64,000 bases of DNA, from the NCBI RefSeq assembly GCF_030028105.1, contig NC_092370.1, positions 94,818,969 through 94,882,968 of the forward strand, in the 5' to 3' direction. The notes beneath the pieces were generated by a model. The model was not told the origin of the DNA, made no database searches, and saw nothing but the letters and a program-made list of their open reading frames with translations. Positions 1 to 11,935 of this stretch are shown here, piece after piece. The DNA comes from Mobula birostris (taxonomy: Eukaryota). Made by a program: the position numbers and the translations under genes. Each line of letters begins with the position of its first letter. Within the stretch, counting starts at the first letter, position 1.

Positions 1-292
1 GCATTCACTGGTTTAGTGATGCAAGAAACAGCCAATCAAAAGGAAATGAAAAAGACAGTGGTTTGAAAATGATTTGCAGAGCAACACTGAGGGGGCAGAA
101 TCAGAATCAGGTTAAATATCACTGGTATATGTTGTGAAATTTAACTTAGTGGCAGTACAATGCAATACATGATAAAAATAGAAAAAATGAATTACAGTAC
201 ATATACAGTATATATGTATATTAAATTTTTAATTTACGAATAGTAGTGCAAAAACAAATAATTTTAAAAAGTGAGGTAGTGTTTATAGGTTA

Positions 293-1814
293 CAGGTGTC
301 CCCCACTTTTCGAACGTTCACTTTACAAAACCTCACTGTTATGAAAGACCTACATTAGTTCCCTGTTTTTGCTAACAGGAGGTGTTTTTACTGTTACAAA
401 GAAGGCAGCGCGCGCCCCGAGCAGTGGCCTTCCCCTGGATTTGGAACTGCATTCTCGCCGGCATTGCTTAAACACGTGCCTGTGAGCAGCCGTTTGCAAG
501 ATGAGTTCTAAAGTATTGGAAAAGCCTAAAAGAGCTCGTAAGGGTTTTAAGCTTAATGTAAAACTAGACATAATTAAGCGTTTTGATCGTGGTGAACGAA
601 GTAAGGACAACGTGAGTTTGGCTTGTGGAAGTTGACGAAGATGATGTTGAAGAGGTTTTGGCATCCCATGACAAAGAACTGATAGATGAAGAGCTGATGC
701 AATTGAAAGAGGAAAGGCTAACAATCGAAACCAAATGAGTAATGATAAAGTACGACTTTAATCTTGAAAGGGTACGTCGGTTTAGGGGATACTTGCAGGA
801 TGGTTTGAGTGCTTTCAAAGAACTGTATGATAGAAAAATGCGCGAGGCTCAGCAGTCAAGCAAGCCTTACACATCAGCCACAGCAGACGCCGAACCTCGA
901 CCTTCGACTTCGAGGCGGGCAGTCATAGGAGAAGGTGAGCTGCCTGCCTGATGGAAATAGATGACGAGATGACACCCCAATGTCCCACCACCACAACACC
1001 CAGGCCGCGGACAGATACCGATTCGCGGAGAATGCAGCAGTAGCCGGGAGACACACAGCACATCTTTAAGAAAAAAACCGAAATAAACATGCTAATTAAT
1101 TAGGTGCCGCCTGACACGTAATTGTCGGCCCAGATCAGAGGCGCCGCAATCGGCACTGATCTGGGCCGACAATTACGTGCCGGGCGGCACCTAATTAATT
1201 AGCATGTTTATTTCGGCTTTTTTCTTAAAGACTCACTGGATGTGTCCCGGCTACCGCTGTACCCCTGCATGCTTCGCGGCAATGTATCGGGTTGCTGCCC
1301 GGAGGGTGGGGGCCACTGCACCACCCCAACCTGCGACGACTCAGTCTAACACACCACCATCAGTGTGCTCCGCGCTTTCCCAATTCCAGTAAGTGATACT
1401 ACTCTGTACACACATTATTTCTACTTTATATCGGCTGTGTGTTTTTACGTGTTATTTGGTATGATTTGGCAGCTTCATAGCTCAAAGACTACTGGAGAGC
1501 GTTTGCGCCGTGTTTTTGCCGACGGCGCTTGTGTGAGATTTTCGCTACGGTGAGCAGTTCAGGCAATGATTGTGGAAAAGTATTTCTACTTTATATAAGC
1601 TGTGTATTTATCATATCATTCCTGCTTTTAGTATATGTTACTGTTATTTTAGGTTTTATGTGTTCTTTGGCATGATTTGGTAGGTTATTTTTGGGTCTGT
1701 GAACGCTTACAAAATTTTCCCGTATAAATGGTAATTGCTTCATCGCTTTACAACATTCCGGCTTATGAACCGTTTCATAGGAACGCTATACCTTCGGATG
1801 GCGGGGGAAACCTG
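293..1814 (+). mobile_element. Internally deleted Tigger/pogo DNA transposon
   Basis: TA TSD (291-292, 1815-1816). Imperfect TIRs CAGGTGTCCCCCACTTTTCGAA / rc CAGGTTTCCCCCGCCATCCGAA. ATG at 501 gives MSSKVLEKPKRARKGFKLNVKLDIIKRFDRGERSKD (CENP-B-type HTH start), joined directly to the acidic C-terminus EVDEDDVEEVLASHDKELIDEELMQL; DDE core missing. Confidence 0.9.
1064..1230. repeat. Long inverted repeat (75-bp arms, 17-nt loop) inside the Tigger
   Basis: 1064-1138 is the near-perfect reverse complement of 1156-1230; weaker symmetry extends to about 1005-1300. Confidence 0.95.
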
Positions 1815-2386
1815 TAAATGTACATTTAGAGATGAGAAGGCAGAGGGGAAAAAGCTGTTCCTGAATTGCTGAGTGTGTGCCTTCAGTCTTCTGTACCTCC
1901 TTCCTGATGGTAACAATGAGAAGAGGGCATGTCTTGGATGATGGTGGTCCTTAATAATGGACCCGGTATTTCTGAGGCACTGCTCCTTGAAGATGTCTTG
2001 AATACAATGGAGGCTAGTACTTATGATGGAGCTGACTAATTTTATAACTTTCTGTAGCTTCCCCCCCCATACCAGACAGTGATGCAGCCTGTCAAAATGC
2101 TCTCCATGATACATCTGTAGAAATTTTTGAGTGTTTTAGATGACAAATCAAATCTCCTCAAACTCCTGATGAAACATAGCTGCTCTCTTGTCTTCTTTGT
2201 AGTTGCATCGATATGTTGGGACCAGGTTAGATCCTCAGTGATATTGACAGACACTGAGGAGCAGATACTCTCTCCACTTCTGATCCCTCTATTCCTTTAT
2301 GAGACTGGGAATGATAGGATTGTTGTAAACAAAGCGAGCAGAGACTTAATGGGTGAAATGGTCCCTTTCTGTGCTGTAACAGTATA

Positions 2387-2877
2387 CACTGAGTGGCCAC
2401 TTTATTAGGTACATCTGCACCCCTGCTCATTAATGTAACTATCTTATCAACCAATTATTTGATAACAGCTCAGTGCATAAAAGCATGCAAGCATGTTCCA
2501 TGAAGTTTGGTTGTTGTCAGACCAAACATCAGAACAGGGAAGAAATGTGATCTAATTGATTTTGACTGTGGAATGATTGTTGGTGCCAGATTGGGTGGCC
2601 TGAGTAGCTGAGAAACTGTGGATCCCCTGGGATTTTCATGCACAAGCCTCTCTAGAGCTTACAGAGAGCAGTGCGAAAAACAAAGAAACATTCAGTGAAC
2701 GGTAGTTCTGTGGGCAAAAAGGTCAGATGAAAATGGCCAGACTGCTTCAAGCAGACAGGAAGGTGACAGTAGCTCAAGCATTATAAGAGTGGTCTGTAGC
2801 AGCAGAAGACCATGAATATACACTCAGTGGCCACTTTATTAGGTACAGGAAGAATCTAATGAAGTGGCAATTGAATG
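2387..2877 (+). mobile_element. Non-autonomous Tc1-like element with paired-type HTH remnant
   Basis: TA then TIR CACTGAGTGGCCACTTTATTAGGTAC. Translation GKKCDLIDFDCGMIVGARLGGLSS*ETVDPLGFSCTSLSRAYRE. Second direct TIR at 2821 and decayed inverted TIR ending 2877. Confidence 0.85.
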
Positions 2878-2929
2878 TTCATTTATACCATAATTGCAGG
2901 TGCAGATTGGTTTTAAGCAATGTAGGCTA

Positions 2930-3170
2930 GCACTTAGAAATACAGTAAGAAACCATGTCCCTTTGGCCAACGAAGCCATAGAACCCAATTACAATATCGA
3001 ACTACACTAATCGTACACTTATCTGAGACTTTTTTATTCTGCTCACTTTCTGAACAAATCCTCCCTCTACATCGTCACAGAGGGAATGTGCATATTCCTT
3101 GGAGATAGTACTAAATTTGAGCATTGTGGTCTGTGAGACAGTAGCCCCACTAACTGCACAACTGTGTTGT
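2930..3170 (-). mobile_element. Decayed tRNA-derived V-SINE-like element
   Basis: Reverse complement resembles a tRNA head (..GCAGTTAGTGGGGCTACTGTCTCACAG) followed by TGCACATTCCCTCTGTGAC core-like sequence. Confidence 0.45.
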
Positions 3171-3745
3171 CTAGTATACTGCACTACTGAGGCAGTAAGT
3201 TGCTCAGCAGTATGCCCAGAATGTCTTGACACTGAGAGCATTATAATGAGCAAACAGCATGCATTGGGTGAATTCCCTATATTGAGCTGAACTGGTGAAG
3301 GGTAATATTGCATTAGGATCTATGCAGGTTGATCGAACTTAGCTCCAAAGAAGCAGTCTCCTTTCATAATTACTTCAAAATAATTAGTATAACAGTTCCA
3401 GAGCACACATGACACATTGTAAAACTATTCATAAATTAACATCAGTTAGATAGTAACACGTTCATCATTTGACTCCTGAGCGGCTTAAAATATATCAGAA
3501 CATTTGTGTTTTCCTTAATTAAGTAGACTTAAAAATGCATCCTCTGCAAAATTTGTCTCTGTATAAACTAACTTGTGAACAGTCAATATATCCTCTTTCT
3601 TTCCACTAACTAGTTAGTAATTACACTGCTTTCTTCATTGATTAAATAATGCAACAATGTTATTTATTTTATTTAGTGCTGTAATTAGTGTCATTTTTTA
3701 ACTGGAGACCTCGACCATGAACATAATTATTGTAAATCTTCCTTA

Positions 3746-4050
3746 TAGTTTGCCCTTCCAGGTTGGTGATGTCTTGCTTCCGCTCCACTTCTGCAGGTTC
3801 AGAGGCATCCAATGCTGGCAGACCGGATCACTGATGGAGCAGGAAATGCATTAGAGGGTAGGCAGGTGAGTAGTTTGGGAAGTGTTTACACTGGGTTTAT
3901 TTCTGTGTGCTCCTGAAAGAGCTCAAGATTCCCAATGTAATCCCAATTTTAGAGTAGTCATGACTCAGGGATTCCCATGAGTCAATAGGAATATTTTTTT
4001 CAAGGAGCCTTTCAAGCTATCTGAATCTTTTTCTTGTTCAACCTGTTAAT
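3746..4050 (-). mobile_element. RTE-clade LINE 3' remnant
   Basis: Minus-strand frames give RKRF..LKGSLKK..IPIDSWESLSHDYSK, resembling the RTE ORF C-terminus. Confidence 0.6.
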
Positions 4051-4929
4051 CAATATTGCTTGCAAAAAATAATTGTTGCTTTAATGCAGGCACTCCTTTA
4101 AGAATTGTGTCGTGTTCTGGCTTAAATCATTTATAAAAAGATCCTGAAGAGCCCTTGAATAAACTGCACGTAATTTTTTGAACATGTTGCGTCTTTTATA
4201 CATAAAACATAAATCTGCACAATTTTTAATGGATTCATGAGAGGCTGGAAACCATTAGACACACAAACTTTGCATTGGGTTTGAATGGTGAAGGATTATG
4301 GACATTAAATAATATATTATTGAGGACATTGAAGACATGATTACGTGGGTCTAAGAAGCTCATTAATTATGGTAAGTCTGAGGTGTAAACGTAAACATGG
4401 AAAAAGTATTACTTGTCAATTCATTGTGCATAACAGTGGTTGAAGTGAAAAAGAGTACAAATTGGCAGTCTAGTCCCATTCTCAGACTTGATACAATGAA
4501 AGTATTGATAGTGCAAATTTTGAGAAACCTATTTTTACAACAAAGGGGTGTAAAGTAATATTTAGGAAATTGACATTGCATAAGTGGGTTGAGGCCATAT
4601 GAGAAAGCAAGAAGGTGGTCTCATTAATATCAATAGGATCAGATAGATAGGCAACATTAGTAAACTTTATCTAGATTTATACAATCTATTGTATAAATTG
4701 ACAGAAAAACTGAAAAATCATATAGACCCAATGATGTCGGATTATGAGCTAAAGTTTTGGAAATTTTGCTCTGTTTTTAGATCAAACGTTGAAAGGTGAT
4801 GGAGCGTTTATAGTCCTAGATTTAATATTCAAATAGCATGCAACATAGCTACAGATGTCAAACCAAACTATTTACCACCACCTCATGTACAAAGAAGAAT
4901 TAAATGAATAGGAGTGACATGGATTATTG

Positions 4930-5720
4930 ACAAAATGTTAAATTGGTTTATTATTGTCACATCTAGAGTGACAAACTTGCACACCATCCAAACAGGAAGT
5001 GGATGAATAAGTCTGCAAATAACCACGCCAGATAGTCTGTGCAGAATCTAAGAATTGCCAGAACACCCTTTTGGCCAGGTGTTTCTGTGGGTTCATTCTC
5101 CAGAAAATTGATCTGACGTCTACAGTGGTGACTGTGGGTTCATGTACATTGGAGGTAGTCGGGTCAGGTGATGATACTCCAGACTCCTTCTGTGGATAGC
5201 ATGTGTTAAGCTCATGGGGAAGTTCTGAGATGCCCCCTTTTTTGGCATGTAAGCCCTGCCAAAACTGAGAGCTGACTTCGTACTTGATTTTGAACTAGTA
5301 TTGTCATCTGGTATCCCTGATAGTCTCAGGGAGCTGTATCTTGATTTATTGTATAAGTCAGGGTCACTTCATTTTAATGCTACAGTCCTGGACTTCAGTA
5401 GGAAATGGATGTCCCGGTTCATCAGTTGTTTCAAGTTTGGGATTACCCAGATTGTCCTCGACACACTTGATAATAAAGTTCATGACAGTGATGACATATT
5501 CATCTAGGCTGGCTGCTGAATATTTGAGCATTGACCAGTCTATTAACTCAAAGCAGTCACACATAAGCTCATCTAATTCCTCAGACCAGCACTATACAAT
5601 TTTCTGTACTGAATCCTCAAATTTCAGCTTGTGTTCGTACACAGGGAGAAGGAGCACAACCTGGTGGTCTGAATTACTGTAGGACTGGGAATAAAAGTGT
5701 CACAGAATAACTGAGCAACA
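4930..5720 (-). mobile_element. Rex1/Babar LINE fragments (EN-RT linker plus tail)
   Basis: SDHQVVLLLPVYEHKLK..CDCFELIDWSMLKYSAASLDEYVITVMNFIIKCVED (ORF 5364-5564). Confidence 0.75.
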
Positions 5721-5799
5721 CCATCATGGAGATAGCCGAAGCGTATAAGACCATTTTCCTTTGTGATAATTCAGAAGTGACTTTTAACAGTGCAGTCAA

Positions 5800-6240
5800 T
5801 AGATGGGGAAATATATCTGCATCTCAAGATGTGTAATTTAAGTAGGCAAGTGCAAAGACTTTCATTAAAGTAGATGCGCCTCATGCATATTCCCAGGTTA
5901 ATATTGACAAAGAAGCATAACTTTACTTGACATTAGGGTGTATGAAGCTGTTAGGTGGTAAAATATTGACTAAAATTATTCTAGGTTTCAGCAATCAAGG
6001 TTGATTGTGGAGTTTGTATGATATTCCCTTTCTAACAGTCATGGTAAAAGTAGTATTCAGAAGACTTTATCAATATATCTAGCTTAAAAAAAACAAAAAT
6101 GCCCTTGTCCAGAAGGAAGTGATTTATTTTGGTCTGTGAATAGATGAAAACCAGCTGCAGCTAAGGCCATCATAGTAGCCAGAAATCCCAAAAGCATAAC
6201 TGAGATCTGGTCATTTCTAGGCATGATCAAATACTATGTT
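5800..6240 (+). mobile_element. Highly decayed Ty3/Gypsy RT fragment
   Basis: FIKVDAPHAYSQVNID and KAIIVARNPKSITEIWSFLGMIKYY motifs. Confidence 0.6.
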
Positions 6241-7871
6241 AGTTGTAGCAAAGTTTATTATAAGTTCCAGAATGAGTCTGTGATAAACCCATGAATAAAC
6301 TACCATATCTTGTTTGAACTCTCTGTGTCTGTTTATTGTCATTCCGCACATTCTACATTGGGCTTTATTAGAGATTGAACACAAATTGTTTACACCTGCA
6401 TCACTTGGGACAGAAACAATTTTACCTGGAGTTTATGGTTGAAATAATGATCCAGTTGTCAGCATACATTGTTATTATGCAGGTACACTCATTCGTTGTA
6501 AGTTTATTGGCAGATTGAATGACTGAAGTTTACTCATCAGTATGCATTCTGGAAGAAAGGATCAAAGGGTTCAAACTTCGATGCACGATAACTCATAGAA
6601 TTATAAGTTAAAAATCATGCAGTTTGAATGAAATAAATAAACTAGGGTGTATATTGAGTTATTTGAAGGAGAACATAGGAGGACATAAACCAAAGACTCT
6701 AAAATGTTATTTGGTCATTATCCTGTGTAGCTATTTCCTTGTGCTTACAACATTCTGGTGCATGAATGGATCTGTATGAATATGTATTATATCTTCCTTT
6801 TTTTTGCTAATTTCGTCATGCTATGGACCTTACACCTCCATATTTGCCCATGTCGACCTAAGTGCTTACTGAAACTAGTCCCATTTACCTTCATTTGTCC
6901 TATATCCCACTAAACCTTTCTTGTCCAAATGTCTTCTGAATGCTATAATTATACCTTCTTCTACCACTTCCTTTGGCAGCTTGTTCTATATAGCCACCAC
7001 CAGGCTCGGTGAACCTTACTGAGAGAATGTGCCTAAATTTGCGATAACCTTCTAAGGAGTTTTCTTGTACTAAAAAGTTTTCTTGTGTGTCATGGCAATT
7101 TTGAGCAGAGATTATCATTGATTAATGAACTAGCAACGGTAATTATGGACTTTTTTAAGGAAAAATACTATGAGAGAAACACTGAAATAAATAAAATATT
7201 TTAGAAAATCTGTTCAAATATTATTAACACTAAAAAGATTAATTAAAGAATTTAAAGAATTGAAAAATAACATCATTTCTGAAAGGATTTCAAATCATAT
7301 CATCCATTCTTATATGTTCTTGTGACCGTCTAACTGGTGCAAAGCTAGCATAAGACATTTCCTATGAAAACTTTTCACTGCTTTGGGGTTATAAAAACTT
7401 ATTCACAGCTTCATTTAACAGTAAGGATAATTATTATGTATCTTTTTTTAATTAATTGTGGGTTAAGGGCAGCACTGCATGCTGTGCCAATGTAAGTACT
7501 ACATGTGCCATCTTTGGCACACATGCCATAGGTTCACTATACCTGCCCACCACCATCAGTGTGAAAAATTTGCTCATTATATCCCCTACAAATTATTTCC
7601 CTCCCAATCACTTTATAACTGCTGTCTCAACAACATCAACAGCTGTAGCATGATGTCTCAGCTCTTGTACTCAGTGCCCAAACTGATGGAAACAAGCATG
7701 CTATATGTCATTTTTAACCTTTGTCTACCTATGTCACCAATATCAGGAAACTATGTACTTGTATCCCAAAGATCATCTGTTCAATGACACACTTGTCATT
7801 CACTATGTATGCCCTCCCCTAGTTTAACTACCTAAAATGGTTTACTTTGGACTCGTCTAAGATTCATGGAA

Positions 7872-8082
7872 GACGAAAAGAAGAAAGCCCTTAACTCCGG
7901 GTGGAGTCATTGGGACACCATCGTGACGGCGTTTTTTTTAGCAGGCTTTCTTATTTTTACGAGGCCGGGTTGCTCGCTTGACGCTCGACCCAGCACGGAT
8001 GGAAAGCGTGCAAGGGAGCGGGCTGCATTCGAACTCGGGAGCCTTCACTCCGAAGTCCGGTGCTGAGGCCACCAGCCCATCG
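7872..8082 (-). mobile_element. tRNA-headed SINE with 12-bp TSD
   Basis: TSD AGATTCATGGAA (7860-7871) / AGATTTATGGAA (8083-8094). B-box-like GAGTTCGAATGC (rc 8025-8036). CTT-rich tail, CpG-rich body. Confidence 0.8.
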
Positions 8083-9144
8083 AGATTTATGGAACTGCTG
8101 ATATATTTGTTAGTAACTAATCAATTACCACAATCAGTACATAAGAACAAATCTAAAGCCCTTTGACTGAGAGTGTTGGCATGAATGATGGATAAATGCA
8201 TGACTGAAAATTGAGCTTTGAGGTCAGTGAACTTTATTCTTAGCTCTAAATGTGATCCTAGCAAATAGGAACCTATTAATCGAAATGCTTAAACCTTTTA
8301 TGCACTTAGGCTGACTTCATTTTGTTTACAGTTATCTCACTGAAGGAATAGACTAACCATTCCCAGAAGTGTTTTGTATTTAATATTTCAATAATATTTG
8401 AGTAACATTGTAAACATATTGTTTGATTAAGCCTTCTTTGTTTACATAATTCATTGCTAGTTGTATTTAAAAGTACACGAAGGCATACATCATTATGGCA
8501 CCATGTCATATTTGAACACCTCACTAAAGTACAACAAAGTAGATATGTTTTTCCTGGTTCCTGGGTTTTTCTTTCATTTTGTTTGGTGTTACAAGACATA
8601 GCAGTAATGACAAAGGAGTTTTAAAACAAACCTGTGACAACTACCTACCTGTTTTGTTTTTCTTTGGATGAGGAGACAATTGAGTTTAAAAAAAAGTGCT
8701 GCAGGTGGTTCTTTGCAAAGGGAAAAAGATGGTCAGGTTTAAACAAAGGCAGAAAATAGATGGAATTTACTGGTTCATGAACAGTGAGTACCAGGTGATA
8801 ATGTGAAAACTAACAGTAGACAAACAATATGACTTACAGCAGAAGTGAATGGCAAATTTATTAAAATGGAATTAGATACTAGATCAGCAATTTCCACAAA
8901 ATGAGTTTAACAGCATTTCAAGATACTGCACTGAAGCTTGCAGAATTCAAAATAGGAACTTCTGGAGAAAAGATAACCCCTGTGGGGATGACATTCATAA
9001 GCAGTGAAATACAACAACCAGCGAGCCACATTGGGCTTGTATGTGGTAAAAACAGGAGAGCCAGCATTGTTGGGCTATGAATGGAGATCCATCCAGTATT
9101 TGCATGCCTCATCCCCTGCGGTGGGGTCAACTGAAAGTGAATTA

Positions 9145-9318
9145 ATAGAACATAGAATAGTACAGCACAGTACAGGCCCTTCGGCCCACAATGTTGTACC
9201 GACCCTCAAACACTGCCTCCCATATAAGCCTCCACCTTAAATTCGTCCGTATACCTGTCTAGTAGTCTCTTAAACTTCACTAGTGTATCTGCCTCCACCA
9301 CTGACTCAGGCAATGCAT
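9145..9318 (-). mobile_element. CR1 3'-tail fragment inserted in Gypsy pol
   Basis: ATAGAACATAGAA tail plus CR1 3' stem-loop region (AGGCCCTTCGGCCCACAA); Gypsy sequence resumes at about 9319. Confidence 0.8.
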
Positions 9319-9644
9319 AAGAGAGGTACTGGATGATGCCACAGCAATATTTAAGAATAGTGTTGAAAAGCTCAAACATACCAAGGGTAAAATAGTATTA
9401 AATGAAAATGCCACACCCAACTTTTACAATGCCTGTCCAGTTACTTATACCATCTTTGATAAAGTAGCCAGTGAACTAGATTGCGTGGAAGCCAAAGGAA
9501 TTCTTTCCAAGGTTGAGTGGAGGCTATGGGCAATGCCAGTGATCCCAGCAGCCAAGAAGGATGGGGACTTTAAGAGTCTGTGGTGATTTTAAGGTCTCTA
9601 TCAACCCAGTACTGGAAATAGATAAATACCCTCTCTGCAGGATA

Positions 9645-10624
9645 GGTTCAAAGGTTCATTTTATATCAGAGAATGTATACAATCTAAAATTCATACTCTT
9701 CACAGACATCACTGAAACAAGAAATCCCATGGAATGATATTAATAATAATAATGTAGGTTGCATCCGGAATTTTTCCAGGTAGTGGACAACTTCCACACC
9801 GTTCTGACGTAATTGGAATTCGCGTACGAGGCAAGCTACAGCAGTGGTTTGCCATTGCCTTCTGCCGGGTGAGTTTTTTTTTCAAAGAAATCACCAGCTC
9901 TTAACCCCGCACGGATGGAAAGATGGAAACTTTGAAACCCCAATGACCCCCTCCCCCAATGTTCCCACAAGCAACAGCAAACGCCCCCCCCCCACTTCCC
10001 GCCTGCAGAAGCACCAGCCCTCCACACTCCACCAGGCCCCAAAAAGACCTTGATCCAGAGTCCATCAAAACAACAATACATTAACCATTGCTTCAGTATC
10101 TCAGACAGGCTCTCTAGTGAGGGAGGGGAGGGGTCTGCAAGAACGAGAGTGGAGACCAGCAACTCGCTGTTTCCATGTTACAATCTTCCATGTCGCTTCT
10201 CCAAGCCTCCTGTCTCAAAGACCGACATACTCTTACTCTCCACTGAAAGAGAGAGAGAAGGATCATTTGAGTACATGGACCTTCTTTCGACAGCAGTTGG
10301 TGATTAGCAAACACACCACCTACTGTCTCGATGTTTCAGTCTCCCACAATGCTTCAGGTGGAGAATTGTCAAGGAACCAGGTTGTCTACAGGGCTGTTCC
10401 CCAAGAGCACGTCTTCCAGGCCGTTCCTGGAGATAGTGAAGTGCTAGACCACACAGCTGGTCCAAAAAACCACTGCTTGTGAAGAACTGTAGTTTTGGAC
10501 TCTGACAGAACCCCAACCCACCTAGAAAGGAAAGAGAAGAGGAATAAGCTGTTTTATGGGTGAACTGAAAGAAGTCACCTTGGTCTGCAAAAACCACTGG
10601 CACCGTCTTTCCTCGCTCCTCCCA
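9645..10624 (-). mobile_element. About 1-kb non-coding, LINE-tailed non-autonomous element inside Gypsy RT
   Basis: AGGATA duplicated at 9639-9644 and 10625-10630. Gypsy RT reads across (KYPL.RI | KDIFANLSGG). TGAACCTTTGAAC tail; no coding homology seen. Confidence 0.7.
9741..9922 (-). mobile_element. 5'-truncated SINE with RTE-type tail
   Basis: (ATT)n tail; GAAGGCAATGGCAAACCACT motif (rc ~9843-9862); shares GCACGGATGGAAAG with the 7872-8082 SINE. Confidence 0.7.
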
Positions 10625-11935
10625 AGGATAAAAGATATCTTTGCAAACCTTTCTGGAGGGAAATACTTAGTAAAGTAGACTTAGCTGAAGCCTACCTACA
10701 GATGAAAATGGAAGGAGTGTCCAAAATGTTTCTCACCATGAACACTCACAAAGGGCTTTATCGCTATAGTAGGCTTATTTTTGGAGTAGCATCTGCACCT
10801 GCACTTTTGCAGAAAGTTATGGACCAGGTGCTGCAAGGCTGCCCAGGCACTTAGTGTTACCTGGATGACATTACTGTTACTTGTCAGGATGACCAAGAAC
10901 ATCTCCAAAATCTCAATACAGTGTTAAAAAGATTAGAAGTTCATGGGCTCCGTGCACATTGTGACAAGAGTAAATTCACTAAACCAAACATCACTCACTG
11001 TGTTCACACAATTAATGCACAAGCATTACACAAGTGTGCCGAGAAATTTCAAGCAGTGGCGGATGCCCCAAGGCCAAGGGTTGTTACACAGCTGTGGTCC
11101 TTTTTAGGATTTTGCAATTACTATTTGTCAATTTTCTGTCAAACATGGCCACTGCTCCACCGCTTGACTCATTACTGCAGATCAGGAAGAAATGGCAATG
11201 GACAAAGCAGTGTGAGGTGGCTTTCCAAAGGCAAAGGCAATGGTGACATTAGACCCTGAACTCATGCATTATGATCCATATTGTCCAGTAAAGTTTGCCT
11301 ATGATGCATTATAGTATATTGCAGTCGTCATATGTTATAAGTGATGGAAGTGAATGAACCCATAGCCATTGCATCATGTTCCCTTACTGCTGCAGAGAAA
11401 AATTATGCACTGGTTGACAGAGAGGGCTTGGATCTGCTATTGGGTGTAAAACGTTTCAACCAGTACCTGTATGGAAAAGGGTTTTCCCTCTTACTGATCA
11501 CCAATCACTTGAATCCATTACACTAATACAGAGAGGGACTCTGTTTCTTGGAAGACACAGTTACAAGATTGAATTCAAGAGGTCATCTAATCATAGAAAT
11601 GCTGATCGATTATTCTGTTTACCCTTGTTAAAGGAAATAACAAACATTTACAAAAGTGGACATTCCTCTTGATGTATTCTCTCTAAACCAAATCAAAAGT
11701 CTCCCTGTTATGGTAGAGATGATCCAAAGAAAAACCAAAAAAAACCCACACTGCCTCAGGTCTACGTGGCCACCCAAAATGGCTGGAATGTGCAGCAGGA
11801 ATCAGTTCCCCTATTTTTAGCAGCACTGGGATGAATTTGCCCTTGATGATGGTTGCCTATTGTAGGGATTGAGAGTTGTTCTACCATCCAAGCTAAGAGC
11901 TAAAGTGTTGTAGGAGCTGCATGCTGGTCATCTAG

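Larger units (their letters stand above)
96..2290 (-). mobile_element. Rex1/Babar-type LINE 3' fragment, split by a Tigger insertion at 293-1814
   Basis: (CTGATT)n tail at 96-110. ORFs 2042-2254 and 1740-2114 give LTWSQHIDATTKK..FYRCIMESILTGCITVWYG and HALFSLLPSGRRYR, typical Rex/Babar C-terminus. Confidence 0.8.

Noticed and set aside
8010-8082. tRNA gene
   Set aside because: Only a B-box-like motif with no complete cloverleaf; it is the head of a TSD-flanked SINE.
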